This document shows positions 12,775-26,420 of a stretch of DNA of 64,000 nucleotides, in pieces. Source of the DNA: Felis catus (Eukaryota). Made by a program: the position numbers and the translations under genes. The notes beneath the pieces are model-generated. The model did not search any database, was not told the origin of the DNA, and saw only the letters and a program-made list of their open reading frames with translations. Within the stretch, counting starts at the first letter, position 1. Every line of letters starts with the position of its first letter. The stretch lies in the NCBI RefSeq assembly GCF_018350175.1, contig NC_058368.1, forward strand, positions 85,500,001 through 85,564,000, read 5' to 3'.

Positions 12775-15700
12775 TTTTAAAATTTAAGTTAGTTAACATA
12801 CGGTGCAATATTGGTTTCAGGAGTAGAATTCAGTGATTAATAACTTATATAAAATACCCAGTGCTCGTCAAAACAAGTGCCATCCTCTGTCAACCCGTAA
12901 TTTGTTCCCTGTCTTTTAGAGTCTCTTGGAGTGCCTGGGTGGATCAGTCAGTTAAGCGTCCAGCTCTTGGTTTCGACTCAAGTCATGATCTCATAGTTTT
13001 CTGAGTTTGATCCCCTTGTAGGGCTCCGTGCTTACAGTGCAGAACCTGCTTGGGATTCTGTCTCCTTCTCTCTGCTCCTCCCGCACTCATGCTCTCTCTC
13101 TCTCAAAATAAACTTAAAAAAAAGAGTTTCTTATGGTTTGTTTCCCTCTTTTCTCCCTCTCCCATATGTTCACCTGTTTTATTTCTTAAAATGCACAGAT
13201 GAATAAAATCATATAGTATTTTTCTTTCTCTGCTTAACTTATTTTGCTTAGCATACTACATTCTAACTCCATCCACGTCATTGCAAATATCAAGGTTTCA
13301 TTCTTTTTGATGGCTCACTAATATTCCATGGTATATATATGCCACATTTTCTTTATACATTCATCAGTGGATGGGCATTTGTGCTCTCTACTTAGTTTGG
13401 CTATTGTTGATAGTGCTGCTTTAAACATTGGGGTGCATTTCTCTTTCAAATCTGTATTTTTGTGTCTTTTGAGTAAATATCTAATAGTGCAATTGCTGCA
13501 TCATAGAGTAGTTCTATTAGTTTCTTGAGGAAACTCCATACTGTTTTCCAGAGTGGTTGCACCAGTTTGCATTCCAACCAACAGTGCAGGAGGGTTTCCC
13601 TCTCCCTGTATCCTTACCAAAACCTGTTGTTTCTTGTGCTGTTAATTTTAGCCATTACGACAGGTGTAAGGTGGTATCTCATGAGGGTTTTGATTTGTAA
13701 TTCCCTGACGATGAGTGATGTTGAGCATCTTGTGTCTGTTAGCCATCGGGATGTCTTCTTTGGAAAAGAAGTATTTGGAAAAGACTATTCATGTCTTCTG
13801 TCCATTTCTTAACTGGGTTTTTTATTGTTTGGGTGTTGAGTTTGATATGCTTATGGATTTTGGATACTAACTCTTCATCTGATATATCATTTTCAAATAT
13901 CTTTTCCCATTCCATCAGTTGCCTTTTAGGTTTGTTGACTGTTTCCTTCACTGTGCAGAAGCTTTTTATCTTGATGAAGCCCCAATAGATCATGTTTGCT
14001 TTTGTTTACCTTGCATTCAGTGATGTGTCTAGTAAGAAGTTGCTGTGGTCGAGGCCAGAGAGGTTACTGTTGTGTTATGCTCTAGGATTTTGATGGTTTC
14101 CTGTATCCTATTTAGGTCTTTAATCCATTTTGAAAATATTTGCATGTGTGATGTAAGAGAGTGGAACAGTTTCATTCTCTGCATGTTGTCATCTGGTTTT
14201 CCCAATACAATTTGTTGAAGAGACTGTCTTTTTTCAATTGGATATTCTTTCCTGATTTGGCAAAGATTAGTGGAGCATATAGCTTCTGGTCCATTTCTGG
14301 GTTTTCTATTCTGTTTCATTGATCTATGTGTCTGTTTTTGTACCAAGACCATAATGTCTTGATGACTACAGGTTTTTAATAGAGCTTGCAATCTGAAATC
14401 TTGATACCTCCAGTTTCAGTTTTCTTTATTCAGGATTTCTTTGGCTATTCAGAATGTTTTGTGGTTCCATACAAATTTTAAAATTGTTTGTTTGTTTTAG
14501 CTCTGTGAAAAGTGTTGGTGGCATATTGATTGGGATTGCATTACATGAGTAGATTGCTTTGGGTAGTATAGATATTTTAACAATGTGTATTCTTCCATTC
14601 CATTAGCATGTGATTTTTTTATCAGGGATATCAGCTTAGGTGTCTTGCTGTTGTTTTGTCCTGCTCTTTCATTTGGGCCATACTCATCTATTTCCTTCTT
14701 TCTTCTAACTCCCTGCATCTGTGTCTGTGGGATACAAAAGTCAGCTCTGTCTTCTGGTCTTGAAAGGAGTGGCCTTATGAAGAAGAGATCCTGCAGTGAC
14801 CCAAAGTGCAGTGTCCCATTTTTACCAGTACTTGGCCTTTCAGGGGCATTTTCTTTGTGTGCCCTGCTGTTGTAGCTAAACCACTTTTTCCTTCATCTCA
14901 GTCATGTGGGGTGTCTCTCTTTGCCTGCTGTTTTGGACAGCATTTGGTCCCTGTGGTGATAGTGGGCCAGGCTGGGGCCACCTTGAACTTGAGTTGAATA
15001 AGTCCATGTATTTGCCATAGATGTCAGAGCACCTGATTACAGGGTGCTTTCCCTGTGTTGTCCACTTAGATTTCATTGGTAGGCATAGCCTACAACCAAA
15101 CCAATTGCCTACTTTCAGCTCACTGTTGGGGCTGCTATCAGACTGGTATGTGTGGTTATCTTTCCATCTCCATGTGGTATGAGTCACTTTGGAGAGTTTC
15201 TGGCTCCTATCAGTGTTGTGTGCACACTGCCACATTTCTGGCACCAGTTTGGATGGGCTCTGGCCAAGAGAGTAGGGAGGGAGTGTAACTGTAACATGGG
15301 GAGGGACAGACCTCATAGTTGGTAAGGTTTGTGTGCTGGTCTTCTGATGCCTGCCTGGCTAGAGGGGGTGGATCCACCAAGCATGGGTGGGTGGGGTGCA
15401 CAGTCAGCAGGTTAAGTAATGACTGTTTCAATTTGCTGCTTCTATGCTGTATTTCTTTGGACTGTTGGTTGTGCTGTCTATTTAAGGGCAGTGACTAAGT
15501 TCCCTCTTCCCATCTACCTCTCCTACAATGGAGCCTACTGATTTTTAAAATTCTGGGTTTTAAGTCCTGCTGGAGTATGTACTCATGAAATCTGGCCCCT
15601 CTAGTTTTCAAAACCAAATCATATAGAGGTTTGTCGTTCCTATAGGGGCTCCTCAGTGTGATAGTTTATCTTCCCTTTTCATGCCTACATGTCCATTCCT

Positions 15701-15905
15701 ATCATGGACAGTCCCGAGGCCCCTTTTCTCCCCACTGAATCTCTGTCTTACTGCCCTCTACAATGTGGCCCCACAGTTTAGTTGTGGGGTTTGTTTTGTC
15801 AACTTTGGGCTTTTTATCTATTGTTTACACTGATGTGAATGTTATCAAGTTGTATCTGCAGGACAAGGTGAGCATAGGATCCTCTTACATTACCATCTTC
15901 CAAGC
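12775..15905 (-). mobile_element. Internally deleted L1: 5' UTR and ORF1 start fused to the 3' third of ORF2 and the 3' UTR
   Basis: 3' UTR at 12775-13300; ORF2 C-terminal remnants ([18 protein letters not shown]..., WIKDLN) to ~14610. The minus strand then reads ...SMAQMKEQDKTTARHLS (ORF1 N-terminus, ~14630-14700), followed by a GC-richer 5' UTR ending in rc ggaagatggtaatgtaagaggatcct (~15900). Confidence 0.8.
12928..13122 (+). mobile_element. CanSINE nested in L1 3' UTR
   Basis: ggagtgcctgggtggatcagtcagttaagcgtcc...ctctctcaaaataaacttaaaaaa; TSD agagtctctt / agagtttctt. Confidence 0.9.
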
Positions 15906-16315
15906 TGTCCACAACTTTCTGGTTTTAAAATTCACTTTTTATTATTACATTTTGTTATTTTAATTGTAATGTGTAATTTATGACATAGGTAGATGTTTAG
16001 GTCAGTGAAGAGGAAATTCTGTTCAGTGAAGCTGCCAGATCAACTGCACAATTTTGTGTAAAGAAAAAAAAAACATATGTGCTCATTCTTCCATATCATT
16101 TGTAAATTAAAAATAAATACAAATCCAGGTGGCCATAGATATAATGTTTAAGGTAAAACAACAAAGCATAAAGAAAATAATTTAGGCAAATATTGTCATA
16201 ACCTCATTCTTCAATATGACAAAAACACAGCAATCATAATGAACAAGAATGATAAACCATTGTCTAATAAGCACAGATTGGCAAAGGAGTTCCTTAAAAA
16301 TAATTTTTATTTCAT

Positions 16316-17390
16316 TCTATCGGAATATCTTGTACAAGCTCACTTTTGGCAATTTCCACGCAAAGTGATATCTGTTCTTCACAAGATCAAATTTCTACTT
16401 TATGCATTTGCAGAACTAGCACAAAATTATAGATTCAGACATTCTTGAAAAATGGGATGGTAGGTATACTTGAGGAGGATCTGTAAATCACTATCCATGT
16501 GTGTGTGCTAAAAATATTCCTGTTAGCTTTCCCCAACATGCCCTGAGTCCATTTAGATAGTTAACTGTGCTTTCAAGAAAGGGAAATACCCAGAATTAGG
16601 AACACCACTGAACTGAATTATAAATTCAGTGTATTCAAGATTGGCTCTCAAATTAGAATATCAATTTTAAGAAAAAAATACATACACACACATTTACATA
16701 AGAGTGGGATATACATAGGCATTATTCCTATTATATCAGCCAGTATCTCATAAAAATAGAATTTCATCTGGAAAACCTGATGATATAAAACTATAAGCTG
16801 CTTAATAAATGCACACATCTGGCTTATTCATGTATTTATAAGTTAATCATGCCTGGAATTTTATGATACAATAATTCTACTTATTTTACTTTCCATGTAT
16901 GACCATATGTTTCTCTGTGCTTAAACATGCTAGTGTCTGAAGTAACATTTACTCATCTCCTGCCATTTATAAATTTAACTCCGCAGTATAAATCAAGGAT
17001 GCAGAACTGGGCAGCATCTAGAACATCAGTGTATATAGCCATAATAATATGATTATAAATGTTCTATAGTGGAGAGGACATGTCTTCCTCTATATTGTTA
17101 CAAGACTACTAAATATAGATGAAAAAGGTAATTTGCTGAGGTATATAAGTAGGTAGTGATGTCATGTCAGAAAGACCATCTATAGGAGTCAATATATGAA
17201 CAAATTATTTTCAAGGAACAAGGTTCTATTGAACTGCTAAACCATGCTTCTTGTTTGCTGTGATTCATTCTTTCTTTGTTTAATGAGAAATGGAAATATG
17301 AGAACAGAGTAAATTACTCCATAATAGAATGATTTTTATACCCTAATAACTATCTTTCCCTATATTTATTACACTGTAGTAACTCATTTA
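16316..17390 (+). repeat. Old non-coding duplicated block, copy B (paralogue of 8770-10190)
   Basis: Same collinear anchors as copy A, e.g. 16804 aataaatgcacacatctg vs 9558; 17160 tgtcatgtca vs 9930. Confidence 0.85.
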
Positions 17391-17609
17391 TTTTTTATTT
17401 TTTTTTCAACGTTTATTTATTTTTGGGACAGAGAGAGACAGAGCATGAACGGGGGAGGGGCAGAGAGAGAGGGAGACACAGAATCAGAAACAGGCTCCAG
17501 GCTCTGAGCCATCAGCCCAGAGTCTGACGCGGGGCTCGAACTCCCAGACCGCAAGATCGTGACCTGGCTGAAGTCGGACGCTTAACCGACTGCGCCACCC
17601 AGACTCCCC
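17390..17609 (-). mobile_element. Young felid SINE (SINEC_Fc-type)
   Basis: tttttcaacgtttatttatttttgggacagagagagacagagcatgaacggggg...gactgcgccaccc; TSD agtaactcattt. Confidence 0.95.
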
Positions 17610-19199
17610 AGTAACTCATTTTTTTATACCTGAATATGTAATATTTACAATGTTGAGTTAACATATGTCAAAATGATAACTTTCCTGAAAATCCTTACAT
17701 CTTCACTTAGCTAGATATTCTCATAATCTTAAGGTGTCCATGTAGATTTTATGACTTCTGTTATGTTGCCCTTCTTACTTGTTTATTCCACCTCCCCTCC
17801 CTTCTCCCTCTTGCCACCACTGACAGAGTTAGATGCACTTCCTCTTGAATATAATGCATTTATACCTATCTGTTTAACTGTAATGATCTTATTATCCATC
17901 TCTTTTATTGTGGACTTCTTGAGAGAAGGGATTACATATACATCTTTGTACTTCAGGGGTTTAACATTCCCCCTGGTATTTATTTCCTAATCAGTATATT
18001 ATTATGAATGAGTTAACTAACAAATAAATTAATAACTGAGTAAGATGATTTTCTCTGAAAATTAAGTAAATTACAATGTCATACTTTATTTGAAGTACAA
18101 CTCTGAAAAAACAAACTGGAAGTAGTTCTTTTCAATTACATCATGGTAATACTGTTTTGCTCTTGAGCTTTGGGTTGATCCAATTCCTGAAGTTCAAATT
18201 TTCCTTGATTTTAAGAAACAAAAGTGCCCAAACAGTCTATACACCTAAAGGAAAGCTATCTGACATAGTGATGCAATTGTTCATTTTCTTCATGATATAT
18301 TTGCTTAAACTAATTTTTTTTTTACTTTGGATCAGCTACTACAGGACAATATTTTATGTTTCTTTTCCTTTCTTGTGTGGACCAAACTTAGAAATGGAGG
18401 TAAAGAAACCTCTTAGATCCCTCTCAGTTCACTATTTGGGGTTAAGCTCCCATGTATGGGACTAAAGTATTTCCCAGGTGGGAAAAATAGGCATTTGATG
18501 CACCTGTGATGGTGAACTGAGGAGCGGGAGTAGGTCAGCTGTGATCAATATCAATGTGGTTGGGTTGGGCTGCACATGTAAGCAGATAAGTGGTTATACT
18601 ACAGGGTTAATTTTAAGTTATTTTCTGTTGGGATAGTTTGGTCTTTTTTATGTTTGTTTGCTTTTGAGTGTTTAATAGAAGTAGGTCACACTTGGATGTG
18701 TATAAATATTGAAAATGTTGTGTTCATATTGGAGCAAAGCACTGGAAATGTCTCAATTCCTGGATGCATTTTAGTTTATATAGAATGATAATCAAATAAA
18801 ATTACAAAAACAATGACCATTATTAAAATTAGTACTTACTAACTGCTTGCAGCATGCCAGGCAACACTGGAAGTTACTTCCAATTAAATTAAATAATTTA
18901 ATTCTTAAAACTGACTCTAAGCAGTAGGTGCTACCTTGATTCCCAATAAAAACTCAGGAGTTAATCTCTGGGTAAATAAAGCAAACAATAAGTTCCTGTT
19001 CTATCTGGACAAATTAAGCCAGCCTTTCTCAGTTCTCTTCCATCCCTCCAATCCACTTCCACTGCATGGCCCAATTTATGGATTCTTAAGCACATACCTC
19101 CATTTTCATACCACAGGAACCATTTGAAATTTAATTTTCACATAACCATCCTAAGGAATTTACTTTTTATGTTACATAACTCACTTAAAATATTTTTCT

Positions 19200-22134
19200 G
19201 GGCGAGCCAAGATGGTGGAGCAGTATGGAAGTGTTCTGTGTGTCTTGTGGCCATGAAATACAGCCAGACCAACACTAAACCATCCTGCACACCTAGAAAA
19301 CTGATATGAGGATTAGCACAACAATCTTCACAACCTGAGCCACAGAATTCAGCAGGTACACAGTGCAGAGAGGTGAACTTGGGGAGATAGAAGCCACAGA
19401 GGGCAGGGAAGTATTTTGCCTGAGGAGAGAGGACAGAGTAGGTGGGGAGAATATGGGAAAAGCACCCCTCCCCAAAAGCAGCTGAAGAAAAAGTGGAAAA
19501 TTGGAAACAGCCACAGGGACTGAACTAAAAAGGGAGAAAGGAGAAAGGAGAAAGGAGAGGGTTTAAATTCTATTAAGACTGTAAACAAAGAGAGTGCAGT
19601 CTGCAACTCCATAGCTCGATACCTGGTGGTGCTTTGGTGGGATGGGCAAATCCCCAGGAGCAGAGTGGAGTCCAGGAAGTTATTGAGCCACACAGGGAGA
19701 AGCGGTTCCACTGCTAGAAGGACATTTGGTAGAGGCTGTGAGGAAACCTGGGCCCAGCAGACTCCAAAGAATGGCCACATTGGCATGTGATGGAACAAAG
19801 TTGTTAAGGGTTAAGCCTGGTGCCAGATGTGTGTTGTAATTTTCCATAATCCCTGAAACACTGCTGCTACAGTATCTCGCAAACTTTTTCTGGAGTGGGC
19901 TGGCACCTGGATGCACTCTCTGGGCTTCTGCAGCATCTTCAGCCGCATCTGAGACAAAACTCAGAAGAAAGGAACTACTTGGGCTTGTTCACGGACAGCA
20001 TAAAAGAGGGGAGTGGACGAAAGTTGAAGCCAAAGGACAGGTGCATGATTGCTGATCAGGGAGAACAGAGTTCTGACATGAGAGACTGGGTAGCTGGGTG
20101 ACACCATTTTCGCCTCTCCCGCGCATGTGCATAAGTACCTACAAGCACCACAACAATACACCCCAGTGGACTAGCAGTGCCATCTAGTGGACAACTGAGC
20201 CCTTACACTAAGCCTCTCACACTAGGCTAACCTCACTATACAAGAACAGAAGCCTCACCACCTGCTTAGTTCATGGACTATAATGAGCTTCATAGTCTAA
20301 CTTCTAGGGGAAAACCAAGTAATTTCAGTTGTATTTCAGTCTCAGCAAGTCCATCTATTCAATTTTCTTTCTTTCTTTATATTTTTTCTTTTTTTCTTTT
20401 TCATTTATTTTTATTTAATTCAAAAAAGAGAAACATTCATTTTACTTTCAATTTTTATGAAAAATATTTTTCTTTATTTTTTACTATATTTTTTACTTTT
20501 TTGTAATTTTTTTCAAATTCTATTTTATTTACATCATTTGATTTTAGTTTACTTCAGTATATTCATTTTTTTTCAAATTTTCAAACGATTTCCTTTTTTT
20601 CTTTTTTTCTTTTTTCTCTTTTTTGTTTCTTTTTCTTGAATACAGAAAGAGAAAAATATCTTTATTTTTACTTTTTATTAAAAATACATTTTCTTAAATT
20701 TTTTTGCTATATTTTTTACTTTTGTGTAAATTTTTTCAAATTATAGTTAACTTCCATCACTACTAAAAGTAGACTAATTGTAGTCTACTTCAGTGTATTA
20801 ATTTTTTCCAATTTTTCAAAAGATTTCCTTTTTTTCCTTCTTTCCCCTTTTTTTCCTAATCTTTCAAGACACTGTGAACACCCAGACCAAAACACACATA
20901 CGATATAGCATCATTTATTCTATTTGTGTGTGTGTGTTTTATTTTTTAATTTTAATATTTTTTTTAATTTTAATTTTTTATATTAATTTTTTCTATCTCA
21001 TTAATTCCTTTTCTCCCCTCAAAATGATGAAATGAAGGAACTCACTCCAAAAGAAAGAGCAGGAAGAAATAACAGCCAGGGACTTAACCAACACAGATAC
21101 AAACAAGATGTTTGAATCAGAATTTAGAATCACAACAATAAGAATACTAGTTGGAGTCGAAAATAGATTAGAATCCATTTCTGCAGAGATAAAAGAAGTA
21201 AAAGCTACTCAGGATGAAATAAAAAGGCTATAATTGGGCTGTAATTATTAATAGATGCCATAGCAGCAAGGATGGATGAGGCAGAACAGATAATCAGAAA
21301 TATAGAGGACAAACTTATGGAGAATGACAAAGCAGAAACAAAGAGGGAGATTAAGGCAAAAGAGCACAATTTCAGAATTAGAGCAGGGGAGCCTGGGTGG
21401 CTCAGTTGGTTGAGCATCTGACATTGGCCCAGGTCGTGATCTCATGGTTCATGAGTTTGAGACTTGCATCAGGCTCTGTGCTGACAGCCTGGATCCTGCT
21501 TCAGATTCTGTGTCTCCCTCTCTTTCTGACCCTAGCCCCACTAACACTCTGTCTCTTTCTCAAAATGAATAAATGTTTTAAAAAATTAAAAAAAAAGAAT
21601 TAGAGCATTAAAAAAGAACAACATCAGAATCATAGGGGTCCTAGAAGAGGAAGAGAGAGAAATAGGGGTTGAGGGTTATGTGAGCAAATCATAGCAGAAA
21701 ATTTTCCTAACCTGGGAAAAGACACAGACATCAAAATCCAGGAAGCACAGAGGACACCCACTGGATTCAGCAAAAACCAACCATCAACAAGGCACATCAT
21801 AATCCAATTCACAAAATACTCAGGCAAGGAGAGAATCATGAAAGCAGCAAGGGGAAATAAAGTCCTTAACCTACAAGGGAAGACAGATCAGTTTGTAGCA
21901 GACCTATCCACAGAAATTTGGCAGACCATAAAAGAATGGCAGGATATGATTCAGTGTGCTGAATCAGAAAAATATGCAGCCAAGAATTCTTTATCCAACA
22001 AGGCTGTCATTCAAAATAGAAGGAGAGATAAAAAGTTTCCCAGACAAACAAAAATTAAAGGAGTTTGTGACCACGAAACCAGTCCTGCAAGACATTTTAA
22101 GGGGGACTTTCTGAGGGGAGAAAAGATGAAAAAA

Positions 22135-22169
<35 letters not shown>

Positions 22170-25100
22170 ATACCAAAAGCAACAAAGATTAGAAAGGACC
22201 AGAGAACACCATCAGAAACTCAAACTACAAGCAACATAATGGCAATAAACTCATATCTTTCAGTACTCACTTTAAACCTCAATGGACTCAATGCTCCAAG
22301 CAAAAGACATAGGGCAACAGAATGGATAAGAAAACAAGATCCATCTATACACTGTTTACAATAGACCCACTTTAGACTTAAAGACACCTTCAGATTGAAA
22401 GTAAGGGGATGAAGAACAATCTATCATACTAATGGTCAACAAAAGAAAGCCAGAGTTTTCACACTTATATCAGACAATCTAGACTTTAAAATAAACACTG
22501 TATCAAGAGATGAAGAAGGGCACTATATGATAATTAAGGGGTGCATCTACCAAGAAGACCTAACAATTGTAAACATTTATGTGCCAAATATGGGAAAACC
22601 CAAATATATAAATCAAGTAATCACAAACATAAAGAAACTCATTGATATTAATATCATAATAGTAGGATACTTCAACACCCCACTCACAGCAATGGACAGG
22701 TTATCTCATCAAAAAATCAACAAGGAAACAATGGCTTTGAATGACACACAGGGCCAGATGGGCTTAACAGATGTATTCAGAACATTTCATCCTAAAGCAG
22801 GAGAATATACATTCTTTCCCAGTGCACATGGAACGTTCTCCAGAATAGACCATATACTGGGGCACAAATCAGCCCTCAGCAAGTACAAAAATATCAAGAT
22901 CATACTGTGCATATTTTGAGACCACAATGCTATAAAACTCGAAATCAACGACAAGAAAAAATTTGGAAAGGTAACAAATACTTAGAGATTTAAGAACATC
23001 CTTCTCAAGAATGAATGGGCTAACCAAGAAGTTAAAGAGGAAATTAAAAAGTTTATGCAAATCAATGAAAATGATAACACCACAACCCAAAACCTCTAGG
23101 CTTCGGCAAAGGCGGTCATAAGAGGAAAGTATATAGCAATCCAAACCTTCCTAAAGAAGGAAAAAAGATCTCAGATACACAAACTAACCTTACACCTTAA
23201 ACAGCTGGAAAAGGACAGCAAATAAAACCCCAAACCAACAGAAGACAGGAAATAATAAAGAATAGAGCAGAAATTAATGCTATTGAAACAAAACAAAACA
23301 ACAATAACATACAAACAAAAAAACAAACAGTAGAACCGATCAATGAAAGCAGAAGCTGGTTCTTTGGAAGATTTAACAAAATTGAAAAACCACTAGCCAG
23401 TTTTGTCAAAAAGAGAAAGGAAAGGACATAATAAATAAAATCAAGAATGAAGGAGGAGAGATCAAAACCAACATAGCAGAAATAAAAACAATAATAAGAG
23501 GATATTACGAGCAATTATATGACAATAAAGTGGGAAAACTGGAAGAAATGGACATTCCTAGAAACATATACACGACCAAAACTGAAACAGGAAGAAATAG
23601 AAAATTTGAACAGACCCATAACCAGTAAGGAAATCGAATTAGTAATAAAAAATCCGCCAAAAAACAAGAGTCCAGGGCCAGATGGATTTCCAGGGAAATT
23701 CTACCAAACATTTAAGGAAGAGTTAACACCTATTCTCTTAAAGCTGTTACAAATAATAGAAATGGAAGGAAAACTTCCAAACTCTTTCTATGAAGCCAGC
23801 ATTACCTTGATTCCAGAACCAGACAGAGACCCCACTAAAAAGGAGAACTATACACTAATTTCCCTGATGCACATAGATGCAAAAATCCTCAATAAGATAT
23901 TAGCCAACTGGCTCCAACAATACGTTAAGAAAATTATTCACCACGACCAAGTGGGATTTATACCTGGGATGCAGGGCTGGTTGAATATCCACAAAACAAT
24001 TAACATGATCCATCACATCAATAAAGAAAGGACAAGAACCATATGATCCTCTCAATAGATGCAGAGAAAGCATTTGACAAAATACAGCAACCTTTCTTGA
24101 TAAAAACCCTCAAGAAAGTAAAGATAGAAGGAGCATACCTCAAGATCATAAAAGCCAGATATGAACGACCCAACACTAATATCATCCTCAATGGGGAAAA
24201 ACTGAGAGCTTTCCCCCTAAGGTCAGGAACAAGACGGGGATGTCCACTCTTGCCACCATTATTCAACATAGTATTGGAAGTCTTAGCCTCTGCAATCAGA
24301 CAACACAAAGAAGTAAAGACATCCAAATTGGCCAGTAGGAGGTCAAACTTTCACTCTTCTCAGATGACATGTTACTCTACATGGAAAACCCTAAAGATTC
24401 CACCAAAAACTGCTAGAACTGATTCATGAATTTACCAAAGTTGCAGGATATAACATCAATGCACAGAAATCAGTTGCATTCCTATACACCAACAATGAAG
24501 CAAAAGAGAAATCAAGGAATTGATCCCATTTACACTTGCACCAAAAATCATAAAATACCTAGGAATAAATCTATACAAAGAGGTAAAAAATCTATACACT
24601 AAAAACTACAGAAAGCTTATGAAAGAAATTGAAGAAGACACAAAAAAAAGGAAAAAGAATCCATGCTCCTGGATAGGAAGAACGGATATTGTTAAAATGT
24701 TGATACTACCCAAAGCAATCTACATATTCAATGTAATCCCTATCAAAATAACACCAGCATTCTTCACAGAGCTAGAACCAATAATCCTAAAATTATTGAA
24801 CCAGAAAATACCCCGAATAGCCAAAGCAATCTTGAAACAAAACAAAACAAAACAAAGCAAAACAAACAAAAAAACAAAGCAGGAGGCATCACAATCCCAG
24901 ACTTCAAGCTATACTACAAAGCTGTAATCATCAAGACAGTATGGTACTGGCACAAGAACAGACACTCAGATCAATGGAACATAATAGAGAACCCAGAAAT
25001 GGACCCACAAATGTATGGTCACTAATATTTGACAAAGCAGGATAGACTATCCAATGGAATAAAGACTGTCTTCAGCAAGTGGTGCTAGGAAAACAGGACA

Positions 25101-25980
25101 GCGACATGCAGAAGAATGAACCTGGACCACTTTCTTACACCATACACAAAAATAAACTCAAAATGGATGAAAGACTTCAATGTAAGACAGGAAGCCATCA
25201 AAATCCTTGAGGATAAAGCAGACAAAAACCTCTTTGATCTTGGCCACAGCAACTTCTTACTCAACACATCTCCTGAGGAAAGGGAATTAAAAGCAAAAAT
25301 GAACTACTAAGACCTCATCAAAATAAAAAGCTTCTGCACAGCAAAGGTAACAATCAGCAAAACTAATAGGCAACTGACAGAATGGGAGAAGATATTTGCA
25401 AATGACATATCAGATAAAGGCTTAGTATCCAAAATCTATAAAGAACTTATCGAACTCAACAGCCAAAAAACAAACAATCCAGTGAAGAAATGGGCAAAAG
25501 ATATGACTAGACACTTCTCCAAAGAGTACCTCCAGATGGCCAAACAACACATGAAAAAATGCTCAACATCACTCATCATCAAGGATATATGAATCAAAAC
25601 CACAATGAGATACCATCTGACACCTGTCAGAATGGCTAACATTAACAACTCAGGCAACAACAGATGTTGACGAGGATGCAGAGAAAGAGGATCTCTTTCG
25701 CATTGTTGGTGGAAACAAGAGCTGGTGCAGCCACTCTGGAAAATAGTATGGAGGTTCCTGAAAAAATTAAAAATAGAACTACCCTACAACCCAACAATTG
25801 TACTACTAGGCATTTATCCAAGGGATACAGGTGTGCTGTTTCAAAGGGACATATGCACCCCCATGTTTATAGCAGCACTATCACCAATAGCCAAAGTATG
25901 GTAGGAGCCCAAATGTCCATCGATGGATAAATGGATAAAAAAGATGTGGTGCACCCACCCCCCCCCCACACACACACATG

Positions 25981-26023
<43 letters not shown>

Positions 26024-26420
26024 ACACACACTGGAGTATTACTTGGCAGTCAAAAAGAATGAAATTTTGCCATTTGCAACTACATGGATGGAACTGGAGG
26101 GTATTATGCTAAGTTAAATTAGTCAGAGAAAGACAAAAATCATATGATTTCACACATTTGAGGACTTTAAGAGACAAAACAGATGAACATAAGGGAAGGG
26201 AAACAAAAATAATATAAAAACAGGGAGGGGGACAAAACAGAAGACTCATAAATATGGAGATCTAACTGAGGGTTACAGGAGGAGCTGTCAGAGGGGGGAT
26301 GGGCTAAATGGTTAAGGGTCACTAAGGAATCTACTCCTGAAATCATTGTTGCACTTTATGCTAACTAATTTGGAAGTAAATTTAAAAAAATAAAACAAGT
26401 TAATTAAAAAAAAAAGAAAG
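19200..26420 (+). mobile_element. Full-length (~7.2 kb) felid L1, inactive
   Basis: 5' end gggcgagccaagatggtggagcag. ORF1 from ~21024 (RNSLQKKEQEEITARDL), split by a SINE. ORF2 from ATG 22239 with endonuclease (TIVNIYVPN, TFSRIDHILGH), RT ([30 protein letters not shown]) and C-terminal remnants across several frames, with many stops and frameshifts. Cat-type 3' UTR (ctactcctgaaatcattgttgcac) and A-tail at ~26385-26420. Confidence 0.95.
21386..21595 (+). mobile_element. CanSINE inserted in L1 ORF1
   Basis: ggggagcctgggtggctcagttggttgagc...; exact TSD agaattagagca (21374-21385 / 21596-21607). Confidence 0.93.

Noticed and set aside
22239..26117. Endonuclease and reverse transcriptase ORFs as a functional or novel RT system
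   Set aside because: Ordinary L1 ORF2 broken by many stops and frameshifts; its ORF1 is also split by a SINE.
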